Shown here in pieces: positions 7,731-14,943 of a stretch of 48,550 nucleotides of DNA. The stretch is from a virus, in IMG/VR virus record IMGVR_UViG_3300045988_097997. One strand, given 5' to 3'. The stretch's first letter is position 1. Every line of letters starts with the position of its first letter. The notes beneath the pieces are model-generated. The model saw only the letters and a program-made list of their open reading frames with translations, was not told the DNA's origin and made no database searches. A program made the position numbers and the translations under genes.

Positions 7731-8675
7731 ATGGCAGTATCCAATTCCCTGGTGCAGTCCAGAGGCGGGAAGCCCAAGACGTTCAGTGCGTTCCTGACCT
7801 CTGACGCGATCAAGCACAAGATCAACGAAATGGTGGGCGGCCGGGATGGGCAGCGCTTCATCACGTCTATTATTTCCGCTGTCAGCACAAACCCGGTGCT
7901 GTCCGAGTGCGAACACTCCACGATCCTGTCCGCCGCGATGCTGGGCGAATCCCTCAAACTGTCGCCGTCCCCGCAACTGGGGCAGTATTACATGGTCCCC
8001 TTCAAAGACAAGAAGCGCGGCTGCAAAGTGGCTCAGTTCCAGCTGGGCTATAAGGGCTACATTCAGCTGGCTATCCGCAGCGGCTACTACAAGAAGCTGA
8101 ACGTCCTGGCGATCAAGCAGGGCGAACTGATCCGTTTCGACCCCCTGGAGGAAGAAATCGAGGTCAACCTGGTCGAGAACGACACCGAGCGTGAGGCTCT
8201 TCCGACCATCGGCTACTATGCCATGTTCGAGTATCAGAATGGCTTCAAGAAAGCCATGTACTGGAGCCGTGAGAAGATGATGGCCCACGCAAACAAGTAC
8301 AGCATGGCGTTCAGCGCCAAGGCGTTTGAGAAGCTCCAGGCGGGCGAGATCCCCGAAAAGGACCTCTGGAAGTATTCGTCCTTCTGGTACAAGGACTTCG
8401 ACGGTATGGCCTACAAGACGATGCTGCGGCAGCTCATTTCCAAGTGGGGCATCATGTCCATCGACCTGCAAAAGGCCATGGACGGAGACATGGGCACCAT
8501 CAATGAGGACGGTTCTGTGGACTATGTGGACAACTACGCCGCCGACGAGTCCCCTGCACCGGCAGAGGAACCCGCCCCCGTTGTGGTGGATGAGAGCACC
8601 GGGGAGATCATCGAAGAGGCCCCTGCGCCCGTTGGAGACGACCCCACCGCCGACTTTTTCAATCAGGAGGGCTAA
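7731..8675 (+). CDS. recT: RecT-family single-strand annealing recombinase
   Basis: SAAMLGESLKLSPSPQLGQYYMVPF...AQFQLGYKGYIQLAIRSGYYK is a typical RecT core. The C-terminal tail is acidic. Confidence 0.9.
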   Translation: MAVSNSLVQSRGGKPKTFSAFLTSDAIKHKINEMVGGRDGQRFITSIISAVSTNPVLSECEHSTILSAAMLGESLKLSPSPQLGQYYMVPFKDKKRGCKVAQFQLGYKGYIQLAIRSGYYKKLNVLAIKQGELIRFDPLEEEIEVNLVENDTEREALPTIGYYAMFEYQNGFKKAMYWSREKMMAHANKYSMAFSAKAFEKLQAGEIPEKDLWKYSSFWYKDFDGMAYKTMLRQLISKWGIMSIDLQKAMDGDMGTINEDGSVDYVDNYAADESPAPAEEPAPVVVDESTGEIIEEAPAPVGDDPTADFFNQEG

Positions 8676-8678
8676 CAC

Positions 8679-9119
8679 ATGAGTTACGACTATTTCAGCG
8701 AGTTCGAGGTGCAGCAGGCCAAGCTGGAGGCGCTGCTCGATGACAACAACCTGCTGCACGAGTTTGCGACGGACGCTTATCCCATCACCCTGACCATCCG
8801 CCCGAATGTGGTACCCGATGCACAAATGGCTATGTACGCGCAGGCGACCGATGGCATGTCCTCAAGGGACGCAAAACTCGTGTTCCAGTTCTTGGTCGGG
8901 GAGATCAACGTCCGGGTCTATGGCCGTCTCATCATCTCCGATGCGCTCATGTCCAAGATCAAGGGACAGGCCAAGAAAATGCTGCTGCTGTGGCTCCAGG
9001 GCGACCATGCGGCCCGTATGGAGCAGCTGGGATATGCCACGCAAGAGGCTGAGGACGACGGCAGCAACGTTTCCGATTTCGACGAGTTTTACGAGGCTGA
9101 CAGTCAAGAGGACGAATAA
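8679..9119 (+). CDS. Hypothetical protein with an acidic C-terminus
   Basis: 146-aa ORF in the replication operon. No motif recognised. Confidence 0.5.
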   Translation: MSYDYFSEFEVQQAKLEALLDDNNLLHEFATDAYPITLTIRPNVVPDAQMAMYAQATDGMSSRDAKLVFQFLVGEINVRVYGRLIISDALMSKIKGQAKKMLLLWLQGDHAARMEQLGYATQEAEDDGSNVSDFDEFYEADSQEDE

Positions 9120-9168
9120 CACCAGAGAGGGGCGGGGAAACCCGCCCCACACATAAGGGGACAATGCC

Positions 9169-10095
9169 ATGAGTGCAAAAAAATACTACTGGCTCAAGCT
9201 AAAGGATGACTTTTTTACGCAGCCAAAAATAAAAAAGCTGCGGAAAATAGCCGGAGGCGATACATACACGATCATCTACCTCAAAATGCAGCTCCTCAGT
9301 TTGAAAAACGAAGGGATTTTGGTATTTGAAGGGATGGAAGATAATTTCGTTGATGAAATTGCCTTGTGTATTGACGAAGAACCGGAAAACGTAGGGATTA
9401 CCGTCAATTACCTTTTGCGGCAAGGCCTGCTCGAACAAGTGTCGGAAACCGATTTCCTGCTTCAACAAACTGTGCAAAATATCGGCTCTGAATCGTCCAG
9501 CGCAGAGCGTGTAAGACGGTTCAGAGAACGCAACAAAACACCGGAAATTGGGACTGGACAAGAGAGAACGGAACGAAAAGCGTTACAATGTAACGCTGAT
9601 GTAACACAGAGAAAAGAGATAGAGAAAAGAGACAGAGAAAAGAGACAAGAGACAGAGATAGAGAAAGAGAGAGAAGAAACGGCGGCAGAGCCGCCTGCCC
9701 CCCGCCCCTCTATCCCCTATGAAGCTATCAAGGCTTTCTACAATGAAACCTGCCTATCCTTCCCAAGATGCACCGCAATGAGCGAGAGCAGGAAAAAGGC
9801 GATCAAAGCCCGTTTCAATAGTGGCTACACTCTGGAGGATTTCAAGAAGGTATTCATCAAGGCTGAGGGTAGCTCTTTCCTCAAGGGCCGGAACGACCGG
9901 AACTGGACAGCCTCTTTCGATTGGCTCATTCGAGACAGCAGCATGGCAAAGGTCCTCGATGGAAACTACGACGATCACGACACAGTGCCTGGTCCTGGTC
10001 CAAGACCGACCGGAGGCGGGAGAAACAATACCGGCTTCAAGACTTCCAACCCGTTCATGGAGATGCTTCAAGAGATGGAGGGACGCGACCAATGA
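9169..10095 (+). CDS. Phage replisome organizer (N-terminal Phage_rep_org_N-like, C-terminal DnaD-like)
   Basis: YYWLKLKDDFF..PKIKKLRKIAGGDTYTIIYLKMQL is the characteristic N-terminus. The C-terminal segment is FLKGRNDRNWTASFDWLIR. Confidence 0.85.
   Translation: MSAKKYYWLKLKDDFFTQPKIKKLRKIAGGDTYTIIYLKMQLLSLKNEGILVFEGMEDNFVDEIALCIDEEPENVGITVNYLLRQGLLEQVSETDFLLQQTVQNIGSESSSAERVRRFRERNKTPEIGTGQERTERKALQCNADVTQRKEIEKRDREKRQETEIEKEREETAAEPPAPRPSIPYEAIKAFYNETCLSFPRCTAMSESRKKAIKARFNSGYTLEDFKKVFIKAEGSSFLKGRNDRNWTASFDWLIRDSSMAKVLDGNYDDHDTVPGPGPRPTGGGRNNTGFKTSNPFMEMLQEMEGRDQ
9608..9672 (+). repeat. 13-bp polypurine tandem repeats inside the replisome organizer gene (candidate ori iterons)
   Basis: AGAGAAAAGAGAT / AGAGAAAAGAGAC / AGAGAAAAGAGAC followed by two degenerate units. 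The + strand is all purine except for a few pyrimidines at unit ends. Confidence 0.75.
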
Positions 10096-10658
10096 CAGAA
10101 AAAGAAACTCTTGCTATTATGTCCGTCTTGCGGGCAGCTTATCCCACCTACTACCGCGATATGACGCGCCACGAGGCTGAAAGCGTGGTTGCCTTGTGGG
10201 CGGAGATGTTTCGGGATGATACCGCCGAGGTCGTGGCCCTGGCCGTGAAAGCGCACATTGCCAACGACAAGAAAGGCTTTCCGCCCCACATCGGGGCTAT
10301 CAAAGAGGCCATAGTCAAGATCACGACGCCTGAGCAGATGACCGAGGCGGAAGCGTGGGGCCTGGTGATCCGGGCTATCAGCAACGGGACGTATGGCTCC
10401 AAGAAAGAGTTCGATGCCCTGCCGCCTGTACTCCAGCGGCTTGTCGGTAGCCCGAATCAGTTGAAAGAGTGGGCGGCCATGGACGCGGACGTCGTTTCCT
10501 CTGTGGTGGCGTCAAACTTCCAGCGTAGCTATAGGGCCAGAGCAGCCAGCGAACGGGAGATGCTGAGTCTCCCCGGAGATGTGAGACAGGCGATGCAGAG
10601 CATTGCAGCGAGCATGGCCCTGCCTGAGCTGTCCGTAGGAGGTACAGGGAATGGCTGA
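10092..10658 (+). CDS. Helicase-loader-like protein (G39P / 'loader and inhibitor of G40P'-like)
   Basis: Trimmed to the ATG that overlaps the upstream stop (ATGA). The N-terminal pattern ILRAAYP.YY......E.....W.EMF.D is reminiscent of that family, and the gene follows the replisome organizer. Confidence 0.45.
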   Translation: MTEKETLAIMSVLRAAYPTYYRDMTRHEAESVVALWAEMFRDDTAEVVALAVKAHIANDKKGFPPHIGAIKEAIVKITTPEQMTEAEAWGLVIRAISNGTYGSKKEFDALPPVLQRLVGSPNQLKEWAAMDADVVSSVVASNFQRSYRARAASEREMLSLPGDVRQAMQSIAASMALPELSVGGTGNG

Positions 10659-11079
10659 GATACGATACACCATCCAAGGAGATCCCCGGACGAAGAAAAA
10701 CAGTATGATGATCGCAGGCAAGGGCCGCCGGTGCCCTGTCTGCAAGAAGTTTGAAAAACAGTGGGTCCGGCAGGGTAAGGCGCACGACGAGTTTGCTGAG
10801 ACGGCCAAATGGCAGTTGCGCCCCCTGCCCCCGAAGCCGATAGACTGCCCCGTCAATGTCCGGTGCCTGTTTTACATGAAGACACGGCGGATTGTGGATA
10901 GCCTGAACCTGCTGGCGACTATCGACGACCTTCTGGTAGACACCGGGATTCTGGCTGACGACAACAGCAGGATCGTCGCAGGACACGACGGCAGCCGCGT
11001 TCTCCACGACCCACTCAATCCCCGTGTGGAGATCACAATCACGAAAATACCAGCCGATGAGCAGCTGGCGATGTTCTGA
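10651..11079 (+). CDS. rusA: RusA-family Holliday junction resolvase
   Basis: Y.I.GDPRTKKN...R, a CPVC zinc motif, and DSLNLLATIDDLLVDTGILADDN, the RusA catalytic Asp-rich segment. Confidence 0.75.
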   Translation: MAEIRYTIQGDPRTKKNSMMIAGKGRRCPVCKKFEKQWVRQGKAHDEFAETAKWQLRPLPPKPIDCPVNVRCLFYMKTRRIVDSLNLLATIDDLLVDTGILADDNSRIVAGHDGSRVLHDPLNPRVEITITKIPADEQLAMF

Positions 11080-11109
11080 GATTTGCGACCAATTTGCAAT
11101 TAAATTAAA

Positions 11110-11157
11110 ACCAACTAATAGACCAACCAATAGACCAACTAATAAACCAACTCAAAC
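11110..11157 (+). repeat. Four tandem 12-bp repeats (ACCAACYAATAR-like) in an AT-rich intergenic region
   Basis: ACCAACTAATAG / ACCAACCAATAG / ACCAACTAATAA / ACCAACTCAAAC, directly upstream of the late-regulator gene. Confidence 0.8.
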
Positions 11158-11175
11158 TAATTTGGAGGGAGACTC

Positions 11176-11622
11176 ATGCAGGGAAACGACACGATGACGA
11201 AGGAACGCCTGGCCTCTTACATCTCCCTCAGGGTGGAGGTTGACAACCAGCTGGAGCGTCTGGCCCGCATGAGAAATGAAGAAAAAATCCCAGCTATGAG
11301 AGAAAGCGATGGATCACAGCACAGCCCTGGAGCCGGGGACCGCATGGAACGAGCTATCATTCGTCGCATGGAGTACGAGAACCGCGTTATACCGCAGATC
11401 GAGGCAGCCCTGGCAGAGATGGAGGCTATCGAGAACGCTATTTATGCGGTGTCGGACCCGATGGAGCGAGAGGTCCTGCGGCTCAGGTACATGGAGGGTG
11501 ATTACATACGCCACCTGCCGTGGCGAGACGTTGCGCTGAAACTGTTCGGAGATGATGACAAGCGCCACATGGTAGCCACCTACCGGCTCCACACGAAAGC
11601 GCTCCACAACATCACAAGCTGA
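11176..11622 (+). CDS. Sigma-70 region-4-like / RinA-ArpU-type late transcriptional regulator
   Basis: C-terminal EREVLRLRYMEG......WRDVALKL......V..YRLHTKAL resembles a sigma region-4 HTH. Good GGAGGGAG RBS. Positioned before the packaging genes. Confidence 0.5.
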   Translation: MQGNDTMTKERLASYISLRVEVDNQLERLARMRNEEKIPAMRESDGSQHSPGAGDRMERAIIRRMEYENRVIPQIEAALAEMEAIENAIYAVSDPMEREVLRLRYMEGDYIRHLPWRDVALKLFGDDDKRHMVATYRLHTKALHNITS

Positions 11623-11627
11623 AAGGG

Positions 11628-11652
11628 ACGCCCAGTTGGGGCGTCTTTTTTA
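11628..11652 (+). terminator. Rho-independent terminator
   Basis: GACGCCC-agttg-GGGCGTC stem followed by T6. Confidence 0.8.
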
Positions 11653-11690
11653 TGCCCTGATCTATACACACTGAATGTGCAAAATAATTC

Positions 11691-11719
11691 TTGCATTTTG
11701 TGTATTGAGTGTGTATAAT
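11691..11719 (+). promoter_or_regulatory. hicAB promoter with overlapping TGTGTAT/ATACACA repeats
   Basis: TTGCAT, then a 17-nt spacer, then TATAAT. TGTGTAT occurs at 11699..11705 and 11710..11716, and its complement ATACACA at 11664..11670. Confidence 0.6.
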
Positions 11720-11742
11720 AGTAAGTGTAAGGGGGACAGAAT

Positions 11743-11916
11743 ATGAAACGCAGAGATTTGATAAAGCTACTGGAGAAAAACGGCTGGTATCTCAAACGGA
11801 ATGGTGGAAACCATGATATTTATACCAACGGGCGAGAAAATGAGCCGGTTTCCAGACAGAGCGAAATCAAAGAAGACCTTGCAAAAGCAATCATCAAACG
11901 GAGAGGGCTGAAATAA
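11743..11916 (+). CDS. hicA: HicA-family mRNA interferase toxin (57 aa, below the ORF-track cutoff)
   Basis: MKRRDLIKLLEKNGWYLKRNGGNHDIY......PVSRQSEIKEDLAKAIIKRRGL is the canonical HicA pattern. Confidence 0.88.
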   Translation: MKRRDLIKLLEKNGWYLKRNGGNHDIYTNGRENEPVSRQSEIKEDLAKAIIKRRGLK

Positions 11917-11961
11917 GCCCTCTCCACCCCCTGCACCATCAAACAAGGAGGGAAAAAGCAT

Positions 11962-12348
11962 ATGAAACGAGCATATCCGGTTATCTTTACCCCGGCGGCT
12001 GAGGGCGGCTACGTGTCCTATATGCCGGACTTCGATATAAACTCCCAGGGCGAGGACCTGGCCGAGGCAATCGAAATGGCGCGGGACGCCATGGGGATTA
12101 TGGGAATTGATATGGAGGACGAAGGGAAAGCGCTGCCGGAAGCCTCTGCGAGTGTAGCGCATAAGCCTGGGGACGTTGTGTCCTTTGTCGATGTTGATTT
12201 CACTGAGTACCGCAGGCAGAACGATATGCGGACCGTCCGGCGGAACGTGTCGTTGCCGTCCTGGTTGAACGCCGAGGCAGACAAGGCGGGGCTGAATGTG
12301 TCCGCCGTCCTGCAAAGTGCCCTCAAGCAAGAACTCGGAAAAGTTTGA
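11962..12348 (+). CDS. hicB: HicB-family antitoxin
   Basis: YPVIFTPAAEGGYVSYMPDFDINSQGEDLAEAIEMARDA is a HicB N-domain. The C-terminal RRNVSLPSWLNAEADKAGLNVSAVLQSALKQEL is RHH-like. Confidence 0.88.
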   Translation: MKRAYPVIFTPAAEGGYVSYMPDFDINSQGEDLAEAIEMARDAMGIMGIDMEDEGKALPEASASVAHKPGDVVSFVDVDFTEYRRQNDMRTVRRNVSLPSWLNAEADKAGLNVSAVLQSALKQELGKV

Positions 12349-12464
12349 TAGTAAATGATAGCTTTTGTGGTTGTTTGTAGCATTATTTGCGTGGTATAGT
12401 ACAACCATCGGAGCAAGGCCGCACGGGGAAACCTGTCGCGGCCTTTTCTGTTGGAGGTGATAGC

Positions 12465-13130
12465 ATGAGCAGCGGCGGGTCTGGAGTTGAAAACTATTCG
12501 ACCGTAGTCAAAGAGATCCGGGGGATGCGTAAGGGGGCTGAGACCTGCATCAAACGAACGATGTCCGATATGCGGACCCGTGTTCCTGGATGGGTAGCGA
12601 CCGAGGTTGCCGCAGTCTACGGCATCAAGAAGGGAGAGATCACCCCGTCAAAGGCTGGCAAGGGCGGCAAGAAAGCTGGCGGTGTCAGCGTCCGAGGTGA
12701 GACGATAGACTCTATGGTGATCGTCTACAGGGGCCGCGTCCTTACCCCCACGCATTTTGGGATGACGCCAAAGGCTGCACCCCCGAACAGAGGGTACACC
12801 CTGAAAGCCTCTATCCTGAAAGGCTCCAAGTCCACCCTGGGCAAGGTGAAGAAGCTCACGAAGAAGCAGCGGAAACAGATCGGAAAAAACTTCCGACGGC
12901 AGGGCACGAGGTCGAGCGACCATTCCCCCATTATGCTCATGGGCAATGGCGGGGGCGGCTCTATCCCATTCCAGCGTAAGAGTCCGAACAGGAAAGACCT
13001 GGAGGTCATCAAGACAGTATCCCTGCCGCAGATGGTGTCCAGTGATAGAACCAAGGACAACATCGAGCGAGCTATCAACGAGGGCCTGGGGAAGCGCCTA
13101 CAGCAAAACCTGAAGCTGATCCTGAAATAG
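12465..13130 (+). CDS. Lambda gpZ-like minor tail / tail-completion protein (tentative)
   Basis: Trimmed to the ATG with a GGAGGTG RBS. The basic middle and the C-terminal ...LEVIKTVSLPQMVSSDRTKDNIERAINEGLGKRLQQNLKLILK resemble the gpZ C-terminus (recalled from memory). Confidence 0.4.
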   Translation: MSSGGSGVENYSTVVKEIRGMRKGAETCIKRTMSDMRTRVPGWVATEVAAVYGIKKGEITPSKAGKGGKKAGGVSVRGETIDSMVIVYRGRVLTPTHFGMTPKAAPPNRGYTLKASILKGSKSTLGKVKKLTKKQRKQIGKNFRRQGTRSSDHSPIMLMGNGGGGSIPFQRKSPNRKDLEVIKTVSLPQMVSSDRTKDNIERAINEGLGKRLQQNLKLILK

Positions 13131-13176
13131 AATAATAAGCGCCACGCCTGCGGATATTATTCGCAGGAGGTGGAAC

Positions 13177-13581
13177 GTGGAGGATACGAGGACGAAGTAC
13201 CGGCTGACGTTGGCACAGTACATGGAAGAGATCAAGAAGGTGGAGACAAAGGCGAAGAGGGCCATGCGGATAACTCTATGGCTCAAGATCATCTTGTCTA
13301 TCGCCACCGTATCTGCTGTGGGCGCATGGCTGAAAGGCCACGGGGCAAAGGAAGTCTGGGCATTCATTATCGTGTTGGCTGAGCTGGCCGATGCTATGAT
13401 GAACACACTGCCTTATGCTGAACAGCGGACGAAGCTGCCGCAGATGAAGATCAAGCTCACTGACATCTATGTGGAGATGGAGCATGACCTGACACGCCTG
13501 GAGACTGGGATAATCACAGAGGACGCCGCGCTGGAGAAATACTTCGCGCACAGGGACACATGGGGGAAAGCACTCGCATAA
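13177..13581 (+). CDS. Small 2-TM membrane protein with a helical C-terminal domain, function unknown
   Basis: GTG start with an AGGAGGTG RBS. Two hydrophobic helices (ITLWLKIILSIATVSAVGAWL and VWAFIIVLAELADAMMNTL) are followed by a coiled segment. Confidence 0.6.
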   Translation: MEDTRTKYRLTLAQYMEEIKKVETKAKRAMRITLWLKIILSIATVSAVGAWLKGHGAKEVWAFIIVLAELADAMMNTLPYAEQRTKLPQMKIKLTDIYVEMEHDLTRLETGIITEDAALEKYFAHRDTWGKALA

Positions 13582-13670
13582 AGCGCGGCTTTCTCTTTTT
13601 CTTTTATTTATTTTCTTTTTCTCTTTTAAGCACATACGAACGTAAGAAGTAATACAGGAAATGGCTACAT

Positions 13671-13744
13671 GGTCTCTTAGCTCAATGGCAGAGCTACCGG
13701 CTCATAACCGGATAGGCATGGTTCGATTCCATGAGGGACCACCA
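13671..13744 (+). tRNA. tRNA with CAT anticodon (Met, or Ile2 if lysidinylated), CCA encoded
   Basis: Hand-folded cloverleaf: acceptor GGTCTCT/AGGGACC, D-arm GCTC..GAGC, anticodon loop CTCATAA, T-arm CATGG-TTCGATT-CCATG, discriminator A plus CCA. Confidence 0.85.
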
Positions 13745-14075
13745 CAGAGGGCATGACCCTCTGGCATTTCTCATGTCTCCTTCTGTAATATATATGACCA
13801 CAACCAGGTAAGGGTCACGCAGGGAAAAGCCAAGGCAACAGCCGAGGCAATACCACCCTGTGCTCCAGTGCAATTCTGGTGAGCCTGGACACCTCAAGGA
13901 TAAGACACCGCACGGGGCCGCTACGTTGCGCTGTGTGGCGTCGAGACACGAGGGAGTATAAGTTGATTAGGTAAGAAGAAAAATGCAGCACAGGCGATCC
14001 TGCGAGGCGTGAGAGAATTTCCGTGGGTCCTTCCGACGGTCGAGGGCGTCTGTGGTGCTCGCGAGCCCATTTTTT
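13745..14075 (+). ncRNA. Candidate structured non-coding RNA (alternatively the cos region), uncharacterised
   Basis: About 400 nt with no credible ORF on either strand. Several stems can be drawn by hand, and the region ends with a hairpin plus ATTTTTT near 14050..14075. Confidence 0.25.
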
Positions 14076-14145
14076 GCCTAGTTTTGAAATTTTGAAAATC
14101 GGCCATTTCGTTACCACGGGCCAAAAACGTAAGAGGTGAACAACC

Positions 14146-14943
14146 GTGAAAAATATAGCTGCAATCAACCAGGAGCGCAGGCTTATTTCCGAACTGAAAC
14201 CTGCTGAGTACAATCCGAGAAAGCGGCTGCGGCCTGGAGATGAAGAGTACGAGAATCTAAAACGCAGTATCCAGACGTTTGGCTACGTTGATCCTATTAT
14301 CGTCAACAAAGACGGTACTGTGATCGGCGGACACCAGCGTCTTTTTGTTTTGTCTGACCTGGGGTATCTGGAGGCGGACGTTGCTGTTGTTGATCTCAAT
14401 AAGCAGGACGAAAAGGCTCTGAACATTGCCCTGAACAAAATCAGTGGTGAGTGGGACCAGGAAAAGCTGGCGGCCATATTTTCCGAGCTGAACCTGGAGG
14501 GCTACGACGCCACTGTTTCTGGCTTCCAGGATGACGAGATAGCCAGTCTGATTTCTGGCGTAGTGGCTGAGGAAGTCGAAGCTGCCGAGCAATACAGCCG
14601 AAAGGTGAACGTCCCACACTACGAGATCACCGGTGAGACGCCTAAAATCAGTGAGTTGTTTGACCAGTCAAAGGCCCTGGCCCTGCTGGATGACATCGAG
14701 AGCGACGGAAGCATCAGCGAAGAGGAACGAGAGTTCCTGAGACTCGCTGCCATGCGGCACGTCGTTTTTAATTACCGAAACATCGCTGAGTATTATGCCG
14801 CTGCCAGCCCTGCGATGCAGGGGCTTATGGAAGACTCAGCCCTTGTGATCATCGACTTGGACAGAGCGATAGCCAACGGCTTTGTGAATCTGTCCAAGGC
14901 CGTCGAAGCTATCATTGAGGATGGGAAGAGCGAAAGTGCGTGA
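14146..14943 (+). CDS. ParB/Srx N-terminal-domain protein with no methyltransferase domain
   Basis: GTG start with an AGAGGTG RBS. LKPAEYNPRK, RSIQTFGYVDPIIVNKDGTVIGGHQR and ALNIALNK are ParBc signatures. The C-terminal half is unassigned. Confidence 0.8.
   Translation: MKNIAAINQERRLISELKPAEYNPRKRLRPGDEEYENLKRSIQTFGYVDPIIVNKDGTVIGGHQRLFVLSDLGYLEADVAVVDLNKQDEKALNIALNKISGEWDQEKLAAIFSELNLEGYDATVSGFQDDEIASLISGVVAEEVEAAEQYSRKVNVPHYEITGETPKISELFDQSKALALLDDIESDGSISEEEREFLRLAAMRHVVFNYRNIAEYYAAASPAMQGLMEDSALVIIDLDRAIANGFVNLSKAVEAIIEDGKSESA

Noticed and set aside
7509-8825. 438-aa ORF on the minus strand. Similar long antisense ORFs occur at 18301..19350, 21828..22736, 22741..23913, 41433..42305 and 42862..44055.
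   Set aside because: Each lies entirely antisense to a + strand gene with strong family motifs (RecT, terminase, protease, capsid and others). Their translations are low-complexity and rich in Gly, Arg, His, Val and Leu, as is typical of shadow ORFs in GC-rich coding DNA. None has a plausible RBS or operon context.
9608-9672. Possible CRISPR array, or simple sequencing low-complexity
   Set aside because: The units are contiguous 13-mers without spacers and lie in frame inside a well-supported gene, so this is not a CRISPR array. No CRISPR-like repeat-spacer structure was seen anywhere in the window.
13671-13744. Assigning the CAT-anticodon tRNA specifically as initiator Met, elongator Met or Ile2
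   Set aside because: The sequence alone, without a classifier, does not let me discriminate between them. The A-A mismatch at the top of the anticodon stem and the other identity elements were not decisive.
13745-14145. A known riboswitch or other known RNA class (c-di-GMP, SAM, cobalamin, preQ1, ZTP, tmRNA, RNase P, group I/II intron) upstream of the ParB cassette
   Set aside because: I could not find the conserved core motifs of these classes by eye, for example the B12 box, the GEMM tetraloop-receptor pattern or intron domain V. I cannot evaluate ROOL/GOLLD-type models without a covariance search, so the region is reported only as an unclassified candidate.
13815-14213. 132-aa minus-strand ORF in the tRNA-ParB intergenic region
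   Set aside because: It has junk-like composition and no RBS. It overlaps the ParB start and runs antisense to the only transcription direction supported in this region.
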